Assembly: GCA_033549025.1 (NCBI GenBank) | Contig: JAWSUS010000001.1 | Location: 1-64,000 of the forward strand | Length of the DNA stretch: 64,000 nucleotides | Source of the DNA: Desulfuromonadales bacterium | GTDB lineage: Bacteria; Desulfobacterota; Desulfuromonadia; Desulfuromonadales; SZUA-540 | Reading direction: 5' to 3' | Shown here: piece after piece, positions 45,683 through 55,949 of the stretch | Layout of the letters: every line of letters begins with the position of its first letter | Numbering within the stretch: position 1 is the stretch's first letter | Program-made: the position numbers and the translations under genes | The notes under the pieces: generated by a model | Told to the model about the DNA's origin: nothing | The model's input: the letters and a program-made list of their open reading frames with translations, nothing else | The model's database searches: none

Positions 45683-45898
45683 ATGAAAAATCTATACAAC
45701 GCCCTATTAAGCATCCTGATTTTCACCGGCTCCGCTTTTGCCGCAGGACCGGCCATTGAAAGCCAGGGCATTTTAATTCCGTTGTTTATCGGCTTCGCGG
45801 CCCTGATACTACTCAACCAATTCGTCCCGGGTCTGCTTCGGTTGACCTCTCTGTTCAAAGGAGTAAGTCACACTTCGATCAACCGCCGGGTAAACTGA
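45683..45898 (+). CDS. Small membrane protein
   Basis: AGGAGG RBS; signal-like N-terminus (SAFA) + TM FIGFAALI..Q..P. Confidence 0.7.
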   Translation: MKNLYNALLSILIFTGSAFAAGPAIESQGILIPLFIGFAALILLNQFVPGLLRLTSLFKGVSHTSINRRVN

Positions 45899-45942
45899 AC
45901 GGCAGAGCCTGATGACCGTTCAAAAATGAAAAGGAGGGCACT

Positions 45943-46173
45943 ATGAAAACCATGTCCCGTATCGCCATCGCAGCAACAATCCTGTTTGGTTCCGCCTCCT
46001 CGGTTTTGGCCGCCTCCGGCCTGCGCGAAGACAACAGCGGCATCGTCGTGTGGGTTTTCCTCGGATTCTGCGCCCTGATCGTAGTCGCTCAACTCCTCCC
46101 GGCCATCCTGCTGGCAGTCGGCATGGTCAAAGGTCTGGTCAGCACGAACGAAAAGGCCCCGCAAACCAATTAA
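45943..46173 (+). CDS. Small membrane protein, paralog of the previous gene
   Basis: AGGAGG RBS; SVLA + FLGFCALIVVAQLLP. Confidence 0.75.
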   Translation: MKTMSRIAIAATILFGSASSVLAASGLREDNSGIVVWVFLGFCALIVVAQLLPAILLAVGMVKGLVSTNEKAPQTN

Positions 46174-46431
46174 TTCCGCAATTCTCAGGCGGTTGCCCAC
46201 GCGGTGCAACCGCCTGAGACATGAATCCCCCTCGCCCACCCTGCCCTCCAAATATCTCCCGAACAAAAATAAAATTTAATTTTATGGCGTTGTTTTTGCT
46301 ATTAACCGACCGGTGAACGTGGAAATCACAACGAATCCATGTTTCTGGGCATCTCAAGGATGGGCGGAGACATGGTCTCCGGGAAATAACAACATCCCAA
46401 TACCGCGATATGACAATTAAAGGAGCAAGAG

Positions 46432-47136
46432 GTGGAGCAAAAGAAGATTCTGCTGGTGGATGATATCGGGCTTTTTATCGCCATGGAAAAAGAATACCTG
46501 CGCCGGGAAAACTGCGTCCTTCTGTCCGCCCGCAGCGCCAAAGAGGCCCTCGAAAATACGAGAGCCGAAAAACCGGATCTGATCTTCATGGATCTTTACA
46601 TGCCCGACGGCGATGGCGATGAGGCGTGTCGGGCCATTAAATCCGACCCGGAACTGCGCCATATCCCGGTGGTCATGGTGACCAACAGTCAGGACGAAAA
46701 AGACCAGGAGCGCTGCCAGAAAGCCGGTTGCGACGATTACATCAACAAGCCAATCGATCGCAATATCTTTTTGACCACGGCTTACCGTTTTTTAAAAATA
46801 GCCGACGAAGACATCCGCCGTCGAAAGGTGAAAGTGGAGGTCCTGTACGGACCGGATCAGGACCAGATGGTACAGCGCCGGAGTATCGATCTGAGCCCCG
46901 GCGGCATGTTTATCGAGACGGATCGTATGCTGCGCCGCGATACGGAGATTTACCTGGAATTCACCCTGCCCGGCGCTGATGAACCCATCCACTGCCGCGG
47001 CCGTGTAGCCTGGGCCAACCACAAGAACTGGCTGCACAAAGAGGATGCCCCCCCGGGCCTGGCTGTTCAATTTGTGGATATGCCTCAGTCTTCGCAGGAG
47101 ATGATTCGGCATTTTCTGCGCACCAGCCCGTCATAA
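46432..47136 (+). CDS. Response regulator receiver + PilZ domain protein
   Basis: ILLVDD, DLYMP, KP; DLSPGGMF PilZ motif. Confidence 0.9.
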   Translation: MEQKKILLVDDIGLFIAMEKEYLRRENCVLLSARSAKEALENTRAEKPDLIFMDLYMPDGDGDEACRAIKSDPELRHIPVVMVTNSQDEKDQERCQKAGCDDYINKPIDRNIFLTTAYRFLKIADEDIRRRKVKVEVLYGPDQDQMVQRRSIDLSPGGMFIETDRMLRRDTEIYLEFTLPGADEPIHCRGRVAWANHKNWLHKEDAPPGLAVQFVDMPQSSQEMIRHFLRTSPS

Positions 47137-47178
47137 GGCATAAGGAAAGCGGCACACAGTTGTAAGCCAGGGAATGAC

Positions 47179-48156
47179 CTAACGGGCGTTGGCGAGCAGG
47201 ATGGCGCGAATGGGGGCGGGATATCCTTCGATCGTTTTACCCGCCTCGCGCGGATTGAGAAAGTCCTGCAGCGACTCCGTCTGAATCCATTCGGTCCGGC
47301 GCTGCTCGGCGGAGGTGGTCGGGGTGATATCGATGCAGCGGATGTTTTCAAAGCCTGCCCGCTGCAGCCAGTGGGTCAAACAGGTGACTGTGGGCAGGAA
47401 ATAGACGTTATTCATCTTGGCGTAGCGCTCGGCAGGACAGAGCGCCATATCCCCCTCCCCCTCGATAATCAGCGTTTCCAGCACCAACTCGCCGCCTCGA
47501 CGCAGGTTGTGGCGCAACTCCATGAGGGCGTCAATGGGCGAGCGGCGGTGATAGAGAATCCCCATGCAGAAGATCGTATCGAAGTAACGCCGCAGCAGGG
47601 GCATTTCCTCGAACTTGGCGGGCAGACCATAGACGTTGGGAACGCGGGCGTAGTGCTGAAGCAGGCGAAACTGGAAGTAGAAGGTAAGATAGGGCTCCAG
47701 GCCGATAACACAGCGGGCACCCTCTCCGGCCATGCGGTACATGTAGTAGCCGCTGCTGCTGCCGACATCAAGGACTTTGCGATCACGCAAAGGAGCGATG
47801 TGATCCTTGACCCGGTTCCACTTTAAAGAAGAGACCCACTCACTGTCGATATCGATGCCAAAGATGGAGAAAGGCCCTTTGCGCCAGGGGCTATAACTTT
47901 TGAGAGCCTCCAGCAGCAGCTCGCCGGCGGCTTTATCTGCGTCTGCCGCCGTGCCGATGCGGACAGCGTCGGCGTTCAATTCGACAGAAGAGGCGCTCAG
48001 CTCCGGCAGTTCGGCAAAGGTGCGCAGGTAGCGCTGCCCCTTGACATCCACCTGTCCGATGTACTTTTCCTTGCGATCCAGCAGTTCGGCCAACGCTCCC
48101 GCGTAAGGGGTCAGTTCCAGCGCCTCGATGTCGCGGACGAGATCATGCATGCCCAT
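47179..48156 (-). CDS. cmoB: tRNA U34 carboxymethyltransferase
   Basis: PWRKGPF, IDSEW, MGILYHRRSP, RYAKMNNVYF, TIEGYPAP. Confidence 0.95.
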   Translation of the reverse strand: MGMHDLVRDIEALELTPYAGALAELLDRKEKYIGQVDVKGQRYLRTFAELPELSASSVELNADAVRIGTAADADKAAGELLLEALKSYSPWRKGPFSIFGIDIDSEWVSSLKWNRVKDHIAPLRDRKVLDVGSSSGYYMYRMAGEGARCVIGLEPYLTFYFQFRLLQHYARVPNVYGLPAKFEEMPLLRRYFDTIFCMGILYHRRSPIDALMELRHNLRRGGELVLETLIIEGEGDMALCPAERYAKMNNVYFLPTVTCLTHWLQRAGFENIRCIDITPTTSAEQRRTEWIQTESLQDFLNPREAGKTIEGYPAPIRAILLANAR

Positions 48157-48883
48157 CCTCCTTCTGGCCGATGAGGGAGGCGAAATTAAACCACTTGAGC
48201 CAGACGTCCATGCGGATAAAGCCCGCCGCGCGCAGTCGCTGCACGTGGTCCTCCAGCGTCTCGGGAATCAGCACGTTTTCGAGAGCTTCTCGTTTCTGGC
48301 TGATTTCCAGCTGCGAATAGCCGTTCTCCTTTTTAAAGCGATAGTAGAATTCCTGCTGCATGGCATCAAAGGCAGCGTCGGCATGGACGACCTTCTCGGT
48401 CAACAGCAGGATGCCCCCCGGCCTCAGCGCCTCGTAAATCCGGCCGATCAGGGCCGTGCGGTCAGTCAGAGGCAGAAACTGCAGGGTCAGATTGACGATG
48501 ATGACCGAGGCGTTTGCCAAAGGAATCTCGCGCACGTCGCCAAGCAGCAGCTGCACATCCTCCTGCCGGGCATGATCCTGCAGACGGCTTTGGTAAGCGT
48601 CAAGCATGGGGGCCGAGTTGTCCACGGCGATCATGTCAAAGGGCACAGCGGCCAGCTCCTGGCAGAGACAGAGGCCCAGGTTCCCATTGGAGCAGCCCAG
48701 GTCGTAGATACGGCTGCCCGGCTGGTAGTAGCGGGCGGCCAGTTGGGCCTGACGGCGGATGTTCTCGCGATAGAGAGGAACGGAACGGCCAATCATGTCG
48801 TCAAAAACACGAACGACCTGTTCGTTAAATGAAAAAGGCTCGACCTGATCTTTTTTTTCCGCAAAAACCTTATCCTGCTTCAT
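48143..48883 (-). CDS. cmoA: Carboxy-SAM synthase
   Basis: VFDDMIGRSVP, YDLGCS, NLTLQF, ISQKREALENV. Confidence 0.95.
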   Translation of the reverse strand: MKQDKVFAEKKDQVEPFSFNEQVVRVFDDMIGRSVPLYRENIRRQAQLAARYYQPGSRIYDLGCSNGNLGLCLCQELAAVPFDMIAVDNSAPMLDAYQSRLQDHARQEDVQLLLGDVREIPLANASVIIVNLTLQFLPLTDRTALIGRIYEALRPGGILLLTEKVVHADAAFDAMQQEFYYRFKKENGYSQLEISQKREALENVLIPETLEDHVQRLRAAGFIRMDVWLKWFNFASLIGQKEDGHA

Positions 48884-48906
48884 CTTGTATCCTTGTCGCC
48901 TGCCCG

Positions 48907-49188
48907 TCAGTTGCCGCCATCATGTTCAAGCAGGCCCCGCAGCTTGGCGATTTTTCGCTCCACGGCCTTTTGTACCCGCTCTTCACCGAACATATAGGTC
49001 AATTGACCGACCATGAGAGTGACGTCGGCCAATTCTTCGATAATGACCTCTTCTTCGACCTTACCCCGCTTGAGATGCTTGAGGGAGGCAATCAACTCGG
49101 CGCATTCCTCCACGGCCTGATCGTATTGGGCCTCTTCCCCCCACTTGGCGAGGGTGGCCCGATAGAGTTCCTGGTAATCCATCATCAT
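48907..49188 (-). CDS. MazG-like nucleotide pyrophosphohydrolase
   Basis: EECAEL...EELADV. Confidence 0.8.
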   Translation of the reverse strand: MMMDYQELYRATLAKWGEEAQYDQAVEECAELIASLKHLKRGKVEEEVIIEELADVTLMVGQLTYMFGEERVQKAVERKIAKLRGLLEHDGGN

Positions 49189-49272
49189 CCTTTTCAGGCA
49201 GGCAAAAGAAACAGAGGGGAAACACGCCCTCCCCTCTGTCGTCCAGTCTGCTATCGCATGGGGTTGTCCCGC

Positions 49273-49578
49273 TTATTTTTCCAGGGATAGACCAGCTTTT
49301 CGCCAGGCGGCCATCTGCCCATCGAGAAGTTCGGCCCGATAGCCCCGCTTGACCAGCAGCGTGCGGGCCATTTCGGCCCGCGGCCCGTGTTCACAGACCA
49401 CGACAACGGGAACCTGCCGGTCCTGCGGCAGACGGGCTACACGAAACATGATTTTCCACAGGGGGGCATGCAGGGCGCCGGGGATATGGCCGCTTCGGTA
49501 TTCGAAGCCACTGCGCACATCGACGACGCAAGGCGGCTGCTGCCCTCGCAGCCTCTTGTTCAGGTCGGCGGCTTTCAT
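49273..49578 (-). CDS. Rhodanese-like protein
   Basis: VDVRS, GHIPGA, CEHGPRA, LDGQMAAW. Confidence 0.9.
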   Translation of the reverse strand: MKAADLNKRLRGQQPPCVVDVRSGFEYRSGHIPGALHAPLWKIMFRVARLPQDRQVPVVVVCEHGPRAEMARTLLVKRGYRAELLDGQMAAWRKAGLSLEK

Positions 49579-50126
49579 TCACTCCCTCCGCCGAAACGAT
49601 TGATGTGGATACGCTCGCTTTTAAGGCTCGACGCCGGATGACCGGCCTTCTCTTCCCCCGGATAACCGAGACCAATAATGGCCTCGACCCGGTATTTTTC
49701 GGGAATATCGAGGAGTTCCCGGACAACCGACTCGGCACTTTTCTGCTCGTTATGGGGGCGCTGCCGGATCTGCACCCAGCAGCTTCCCAGGTCGAGGGAT
49801 GCGGCCGTCAGCTGCACAATAGTGGCGGCGATGGCGCAATCCTCGATCCAGACATCGCTTTTGCTCTCGTCGGCGCAGATGACCAGGGCCAGGGGCGCGC
49901 CGGCAAGAAAAGTCGAACCATGCTGCTTGGCCCGTGAGAGCCCCTGCAGCAGCTCGGGCCGGGTGACCCACAGAAATTCCCAGGGGTCGTTACCGCGAGA
50001 CGAATAGGTGCGCAGCGCCGCTTCGGTGAGCACGGCAACCTTATCCGGTTCGACGGCCCTGTCTTCAAATACGCGGATGCTTCGACGCTTTTGCAGCAAG
50101 GAGAGCAACATGGGGACTTGGTTCAA
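49575..50126 (-). CDS. Nitroreductase family protein
   Basis: KRRSIR, PWEF, LGSCWVQ, LGYP. Confidence 0.92.
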   Translation of the reverse strand: MNQVPMLLSLLQKRRSIRVFEDRAVEPDKVAVLTEAALRTYSSRGNDPWEFLWVTRPELLQGLSRAKQHGSTFLAGAPLALVICADESKSDVWIEDCAIAATIVQLTAASLDLGSCWVQIRQRPHNEQKSAESVVRELLDIPEKYRVEAIIGLGYPGEEKAGHPASSLKSERIHINRFGGGSE

Positions 50127-50138
50127 AAGAGACTCCTC

Positions 50139-50540
50139 TTATCGCACGGGGTTAAAAACAACCTGCTCCTGGGCCTGTTCCAGGCTCACTTCATAGCCGT
50201 CGACATCCACCAACCGCAGATTGCGCTGACAACGGTCGCAACGAAAAGCCCAGTAGGTCGCCGGAACGTTGATCGTTCGCCCTTCGGCATCTTTTTGAAA
50301 CTTGACGCTCTCGAACTCTTGCCAATCCGTCAGCTTACGCCGGCAGTGGGGGCAGAAAGGACGAATCTTGCGATCCCACAGCACCTCGAACTGATAAACA
50401 AAACGGCGATACTGCCAGCGCTTGTATAGAACCCGGAGCAACAGTATTCCGGCCAATCCGCCGGCCACTGCCAGACCCACAACAGGAAGAGAAACAGTGC
50501 CATCGGTTAAAAAATCCAAAACCACCCTCCTTGCCGGCAC
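50139..50540 (-). CDS. Hypothetical membrane-anchored Zn-ribbon protein
   Basis: N-terminal TM, CPHC and CDRC; start uncertain. Confidence 0.6.
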   Translation of the reverse strand: MPARRVVLDFLTDGTVSLPVVGLAVAGGLAGILLLRVLYKRWQYRRFVYQFEVLWDRKIRPFCPHCRRKLTDWQEFESVKFQKDAEGRTINVPATYWAFRCDRCQRNLRLVDVDGYEVSLEQAQEQVVFNPVR

Positions 50541-50719
50541 ACCACTGCAACACGGGTAATGGCCTACAAATGGCGACAGAATACCTCTTGGGGCGGAAGG
50601 CTGTCAATTCCTTCGAAGGGCGGTTTGGCCTTGCATTATGGCAGCGTCGCGATATGCATGTAGGAAGAGGGGCAGAACCATCATTAAAAACACAGGCCCA
50701 TCAGGGGAGGAAAAAAGAG

Positions 50720-51103
50720 ATGAAAAAGGCATGGATACCCGCAGGAGCGTTTTTGCTGCTGTGCGCCTGCAGCTTTCCCACCTATGAATGGCGCCATCCG
50801 CAGGGGCTGTCTCAGACGGCCCTCGAACAGGACAAGGAGGAATGCTACCGCTACGCCAACCAGGCCATCCCCCCTTCGTACTACTACGACGATCCCTTTT
50901 TATGGGGTGACCCCTACGGGGATATGTACTGGCCTTATCATCGTCACCCTTACTATCCCCACAGCTTCAGCTATCACTATCCCGGCTATTGGGGGTTCTC
51001 CTCCCACTTTTACTTCCGATACCGGGACGATATTTTCAGGGCCTGCATGAAAGGCAAAGGCTGGCGCCTCGAGCGGGTGGAAGAAAACAACAATAGAAAA
51101 TGA
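50720..51103 (+). CDS. Lipoprotein, Tyr/His/Pro-rich
   Basis: GGAGG RBS, LCAC lipobox, EC...CMKGKGW. Confidence 0.75.
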   Translation: MKKAWIPAGAFLLLCACSFPTYEWRHPQGLSQTALEQDKEECYRYANQAIPPSYYYDDPFLWGDPYGDMYWPYHRHPYYPHSFSYHYPGYWGFSSHFYFRYRDDIFRACMKGKGWRLERVEENNNRK

Positions 51104-51104
51104 T

Positions 51105-51560
51105 TTACTGAAAAAGGGCCCAGACAAAGACACCGGCCATATACAATACGACCAGAATGCCCAGCAAGATGAGAACCGCCGCCACCGGGGGATAGGTTTT
51201 GCCGTAGAGTCTTTTCAGGGGTGTGGCGGGATGTAGAAACTCCTCCTCCACCGCCGCCAGAATGTCCTGATTACGGTCAGGCATGATGGATCGAAGGCCG
51301 GTGACGAAGTCTTCGGCAACAAACTTGCGGGTCTTTTGGGGCGCGACGACAAGCAGGGTGCGCTGCTGCGGGGAGATTTCCCGTTCCACCGTCAAAAAGG
51401 TGGAGAAGAGGTCCAGATTGAAGGATTTGCCGTATTTGACTCCCTCCAGACGCAGAAGCCAGGTTTTATCGGCAAAGTGCTCACGCACCGCCACCCCCGT
51501 CGGCAGTTCCGTTTCTTCCCGAATCAGCTCCCATCCAGCCAATAGCCGTTCAGCCATCAT
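51105..51560 (-). CDS. Hypothetical protein with C-terminal TM
   Basis: GGAGG RBS; hydrophobic C-terminus. Confidence 0.65.
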   Translation of the reverse strand: MMAERLLAGWELIREETELPTGVAVREHFADKTWLLRLEGVKYGKSFNLDLFSTFLTVEREISPQQRTLLVVAPQKTRKFVAEDFVTGLRSIMPDRNQDILAAVEEEFLHPATPLKRLYGKTYPPVAAVLILLGILVVLYMAGVFVWALFQ

Positions 51561-51718
51561 CCCTCCTCTTAAGTAGTCTGAAGACGCTTACCGCCAGGAC
51601 GTTACGCCATCTTCCCCCATCAGTCAACAAGGCGCCAGTTCAGACGGTTCATTCATCAAATAAAAACCCGCCGGAGGGGTTACCCGGCGGGCTGGAAAGA
51701 AACTTGACGGATGTCGGT

Positions 51719-52504
51719 TCAGGACAGCCTGTCGCCCTGAATACCAATTTTGATGGTCTGCAAGGGAATGTCCTTGCCGCTGGCGGCCAGCGCCTGCCGG
51801 ACGATGGCGACCAGTCCGGAACAACAGGGCACTTCCATGTGTAGCACGGTGAGACTTTTGATATCGTTTTTCATCAGCATCTCAGTGAGCTTGTGCAGAT
51901 AAGCCTGGCCGTCATCGAGTTTGGGGCAGCCGATGAGCAAGGCTTTGCCCTGCAGAAAATCCTTATGGAAATCGGCGTAGGCAAAAGGAACGCAGTCGGC
52001 GGCAAAGACCAGCTCGGCCCCTTGCAGAAAGGGGGCGGTCGGCGGCACCAGGTGCATCTGCACCGGCCATTGACGCAACTGGGACTGACGAGTGCCCGCT
52101 TCGGTATTCGCGTCGTCTTTTGGCGCGGAAAAGCTTCGCAGGGCAGAACCAGGGCACCCCCCGCCGGCAGGCGGCGTCATCGTCATGACGCGCGATCCCG
52201 GGCAGCCGCCCCCATGTCCATGTCCGTGCCCATGACCATGGGCCGGCGCTGCGGGCTTTGGGGTGGACTTTTCCAGGTGCTCCTCAACGGCTTCCTCGTC
52301 GAAGGCGTCCGCCTGACGCTTTTCAATCGTAATGGCCCCCTGCGGACAGTCGCCCAGGCAGGCACCCAAGCCGTCACACAGATTGTCGGCCAAAAGGCGC
52401 GCCTTGCCGTCGATGATCTGGATGGCCCCTTCGGCGCAGGCGGGGACACAAAGGCCGCAGCCGTCACATTTTTCTTCGTCGATTTTGACAATTTCCCTGA
52501 CCAT
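51719..52504 (-). CDS. 4Fe-4S dicluster protein
   Basis: CDGCGLCVPAC, CDGLGACLGDCP, QWPVQ, GCPKLD, MEVPCC. Confidence 0.9.
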   Translation of the reverse strand: MVREIVKIDEEKCDGCGLCVPACAEGAIQIIDGKARLLADNLCDGLGACLGDCPQGAITIEKRQADAFDEEAVEEHLEKSTPKPAAPAHGHGHGHGHGGGCPGSRVMTMTPPAGGGCPGSALRSFSAPKDDANTEAGTRQSQLRQWPVQMHLVPPTAPFLQGAELVFAADCVPFAYADFHKDFLQGKALLIGCPKLDDGQAYLHKLTEMLMKNDIKSLTVLHMEVPCCSGLVAIVRQALAASGKDIPLQTIKIGIQGDRLS

Positions 52505-52585
52505 GATGCACTCCGTTCTGTATTGAGAGGATGGATTCTTTTCCGTTTATAAATTCTATCTTATAAAAATCTCGTTGCCGCCGCC

Positions 52586-52599
52586 TTGACCGGCATCAA
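52586..52599. promoter_or_regulatory. Crp/Fnr (HcpR-type) box
   Basis: TTGAC-CGGC-ATCAA upstream of the 4Fe-4S gene. Confidence 0.7.
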
Positions 52600-52623
52600 A
52601 AAAACGCGATTGCCGCTGTCTTT

Positions 52624-52956
52624 TTAGAAAAAATAGTGCCAGAGCAAATCCAGACGTCCCCGCATGATGAGCCTTTTCCCGGAAAAACGCATGATTTCCC
52701 GTACTTTCTCCCGATGCCCCGGCCGGTAGCAGTGAATGTGACACCCCTTGCAATCCGGCTTGGGGTCGAGAGGACACTTGATACGCCGGCTAAAAGCGTA
52801 CTCCAGAAACTCCCGGCATTCGGCACAAAGGGTAAAACGTGACAGATCCATGCCGTCAAAAGCAGGAGAGGTCTTTTGCCCCTCGTGGTGAGCCTGGCAG
52901 TACACCGAGGTGAAAAGCACTAAAACGCGCAGATCTTTTTTTTCTTTGCGGGTCAT
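52624..52956 (-). CDS. YgbA / nitrous oxide-stimulated promoter family protein
   Basis: YC..HH, LCAEC, CP..PKPDCKGCHIHCY, IMRFSG. Confidence 0.85.
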   Translation of the reverse strand: MTRKEKKDLRVLVLFTSVYCQAHHEGQKTSPAFDGMDLSRFTLCAECREFLEYAFSRRIKCPLDPKPDCKGCHIHCYRPGHREKVREIMRFSGKRLIMRGRLDLLWHYFF

Positions 52957-53023
52957 GGTCCAATCTCCCGGAGCGGTGAATGACGTGTTGAACAAAGCAT
53001 AGATCAAAAGGCGAGGTCATTCT

Positions 53024-53037
53024 TTGACGGCCGTCAA
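53024..53037. promoter_or_regulatory. Crp/Fnr (HcpR-type) box
   Basis: Perfect palindrome TTGAC-GGCC-GTCAA. Confidence 0.8.
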
Positions 53038-53110
53038 ATTTTGCCGAAGATTAGGCCAGTAGGGGAAAAAACGATGGGAAGGTGAAACGAGCGGGCGTGT
53101 CGGCAGACGC

Positions 53111-53785
53111 TTATTCTTTATAGGTCTGGGCGAGATCTTCGAGACGGTCACGATCAAGAATGTCGATAACCTTGCCATTGACGGCAATCAGCTCGTCGTC
53201 GGAGAGCTTGCGCAGGGTGCGTGAGAGAGTTTCACTCACCGTACCAAGATTGGAGGCCAGCTGGGTCTTGGAAATCTCCAATTCGATGCGGCTGTCCTCG
53301 TCTCCGGCCACTTCGAGCAGATAGCGGGCCAGCCGGGCCGGCACATCCTTGAAGGTCAGCTCCTCGATCTGCGTGGTGAACTGGCGCAAAAAGCGGGAAA
53401 GCCCGGCGATCATATTGATGGCAATACGCGAATGTTCGTGCAAAAGGGTGAGGAATTCCTTCTTGGGAAAGAAGATGACCTGGCTGGCCTGAAGCGGTTC
53501 GGCGTAGGCGGGATAGAGGCCGTTGCCAAAGATGGCCGCCTCGGCAAAGGTGCCGCCGGGGTGGATGATGTGCAAGATACGCTCCTTCCCCTCAGGGGAG
53601 AGCTTGTAGATCTTCACCTTGCCGCTGAGCAGAACATAAAAACCCAGCGCTGGCTCACCATCGGCGAAAAGGACTTCTCCCTTGGCGTGCTGGCGCACCT
53701 TGCCGACCTGTTGCAGACAAGACAGATCTTCGTCCGTCACACCGGCAAAAATAGGGCATTTTTTCAGAATCGCATCGATATCCAT
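53111..53785 (-). CDS. Crp/Fnr family regulator, HcpR-like
   Basis: cNMP-binding domain (GKVKIYK, FAEAA), HTH LASNLGTVSETLSR. Confidence 0.9.
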   Translation of the reverse strand: MDIDAILKKCPIFAGVTDEDLSCLQQVGKVRQHAKGEVLFADGEPALGFYVLLSGKVKIYKLSPEGKERILHIIHPGGTFAEAAIFGNGLYPAYAEPLQASQVIFFPKKEFLTLLHEHSRIAINMIAGLSRFLRQFTTQIEELTFKDVPARLARYLLEVAGDEDSRIELEISKTQLASNLGTVSETLSRTLRKLSDDELIAVNGKVIDILDRDRLEDLAQTYKE

Positions 53786-53913
53786 AGCAGGCGGATAGTA
53801 GCAGAGAGGGACGTTGACGACAAGATGCAAAGGAAAATAAAAAATCCAACCCCAGGCGCTGCCTGTCTTGGGTTGGATTTCTGACTCCTGAAGATGCAGG
53901 AGGTTTTCTTTGT

Positions 53914-54000
53914 TGGTGCCGAAGGGGAGACTCGAACTCCCACGGGACTACTCCCACTAGACCCTGAACCTAGCGTGTCTACCAATTCCACCACTTCGGC
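53914..54000 (-). tRNA. tRNA-Leu(CAG)
   Basis: GCCGAAG...CTTCGGC-ACCA, anticodon loop TTCAGGG, long variable arm. Confidence 0.96.
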
Positions 54001-54080
54001 TTGAAACGTGGGCTTTTATAACAAAAGGATTTGGCCATTGCAACAAAAAAAATCACAAAAAAAGAGGGCAGCCGAAAAAG

Positions 54081-55757
54081 CTACAGAGGCCGCAAAGGCG
54101 GCACCAGCACGGACCTAAAGCGGCTGACCGTCACCAGTCCTGGGCGCGCGCCTTTCGGTTTGTGCACGGCCTTCCCGTCGGCTACCATGACCTCGACTTT
54201 ATTTGCGTCTTTGCCTCGTGAGTAACCGGCGGCGATACGGGCGGCGAAAAGCAGGTCTTCCGTCGGGATGTCGCCGGCATGTTGTCCCCTTTTGAGAACG
54301 ACGTGGGCGCCCGGCATATCCCGGGCGTGAAACCACAGATCATCGCCGGCGGTCAGGTGGCGACTGACATAGTCGTTGGTGCGGTTGTTCTTCCCCCAGC
54401 AGATGGTGAAACCGCCGGGACTCTGCAGCCGACGCACCTGTTCCTTGGGGTCGCCTGGGCGACGGCTGGCCCGCCAGCGTTCACTGGGACGAATCAGCCC
54501 GGCCTCTTCCAGTTCGGAACGGATACCTGTGAGTTCCTCGGCTGTTTCCGCTTCTTCGAGGGCATAGAGCATTTCCTGCAGCCACTCTTTTTGCTGTCGG
54601 GCTTCTTCCCGTCGTCGCACAAGATGAACTTCCCCACGCTTGCCTTTCTTTACCCGGCGAAAATAACGCTCCGCATTTTCCTGCGGCGTGAGTAAAGGAT
54701 CGAGCCCAATGGTAACCGGACAGGGTGGTTCGGCGTGGTAATCTTCTACGGTAACAGCTTCCATGCCACGGCGGATGCGATAGAGGTTGGCCACCAACAG
54801 TTCGCCGAGCTGCCGCTGCCGATCGAGCCCGGCTAGATTTTCCTGTTCCTGTTCGAGCTTCTGCAAGAGCCTGTCAACGCGCCGGAGCCCTCGCCGCAGC
54901 GCCTCCTGCATCTTCTCCTTGCCGCCGGCGTTTCCCTCGGCACCTTCCATCTCCCCATAAAAACAGTCGGCGGCGGCCGCGAAGCTGGCAAAGGTGCGCT
55001 GGCTACTCACCTCCAAAAATTGCACATCGAAGGGAAGCAGCAGCGATCGGCCGCCTATCTCGGCAATCTGGGGAAGTAGCGGCTCCAATAGCCAGCGCTG
55101 GCGAAAGGATTCCAGAACGTTCTCGGCCGGCAAGCCAAGACGGACCCCCGCCGCCAGATCGCGGGCCACCAGAGGGGTCATAGGGGCGATTTCCCCCTTG
55201 AGCCAGCCCTCAAACGCCTCTGCCTGCTGGAAAGCCTCGGGAACCGGCAGGGGTACATCCGCCAGCAGCGTACGCGAAAGGGCCTCGGGCAGGCGGTAGG
55301 GATTTCCCGGCATGAGCGCGCGCTCGCCACTGGATCGGGTTTCGCGTTTGAGGCAATCAACGATGCGGCCTTCGCCATCGACGAGAATCAGGTTGCTGCG
55401 CCCGCCCAGCAGTTCAGCCATCAACCGATACGGGTTGTCCTCCTCGCCGGCGAAGGTCAGCTGGACAACCCGTTCGCCGGGAATCTGCTCGATGGCAAGC
55501 AGCCGGCGAAGCCGCGCCCGCAGCAGCTGACAGAAACGCGGCGGTGAGGCAGGATTGGGGAAGGTTTTTTCGGTAAGATGCAGACGACTGGCGCGGGGGG
55601 AGGTGGAAAGGAGCAGGCGCCGGTCGCCGTGTCGATTCCAGAGGCGCAGGATGATCGTCTCGGCATCCGGCTGATAAATCTTGCGAATCAGGGCGCCGGG
55701 GAGGATTTCCTCCACTTCCCGCACCATGGCCGCGATGGCAAAATTATCCATATTCAC
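54081..55757 (-). CDS. rqcH: NFACT/FbpA family ribosome quality control protein
   Basis: KIYQP, FCQLLR, ELLGGRSNLILVD, GKNNRTND, WFHARDMPGAHV. Confidence 0.9.
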   Translation of the reverse strand: MNMDNFAIAAMVREVEEILPGALIRKIYQPDAETIILRLWNRHGDRRLLLSTSPRASRLHLTEKTFPNPASPPRFCQLLRARLRRLLAIEQIPGERVVQLTFAGEEDNPYRLMAELLGGRSNLILVDGEGRIVDCLKRETRSSGERALMPGNPYRLPEALSRTLLADVPLPVPEAFQQAEAFEGWLKGEIAPMTPLVARDLAAGVRLGLPAENVLESFRQRWLLEPLLPQIAEIGGRSLLLPFDVQFLEVSSQRTFASFAAAADCFYGEMEGAEGNAGGKEKMQEALRRGLRRVDRLLQKLEQEQENLAGLDRQRQLGELLVANLYRIRRGMEAVTVEDYHAEPPCPVTIGLDPLLTPQENAERYFRRVKKGKRGEVHLVRRREEARQQKEWLQEMLYALEEAETAEELTGIRSELEEAGLIRPSERWRASRRPGDPKEQVRRLQSPGGFTICWGKNNRTNDYVSRHLTAGDDLWFHARDMPGAHVVLKRGQHAGDIPTEDLLFAARIAAGYSRGKDANKVEVMVADGKAVHKPKGARPGLVTVSRFRSVLVPPLRPL

Positions 55758-55949
55758 GTTGTATTACGCCTTTTCCGGAAGATAAGCCGTCGGACTCTGA
55801 CACCTGTGTTCACCAGAGCTGGGGCACTCAGGATAACCAAGTCGCCCAAGGCACTCAAGTTTTTCATTTAAAAACACCGTCAATCTGCTATCATATTCGA
55901 CCTGCGCATTACCTGACATCAGACGCATCTTCGCAAAAGGGAGGTCCCC

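Noticed and set aside
55760..55949. SAM riboswitch upstream of metY
   Set aside because: SAM-I core motifs not recognisable by eye
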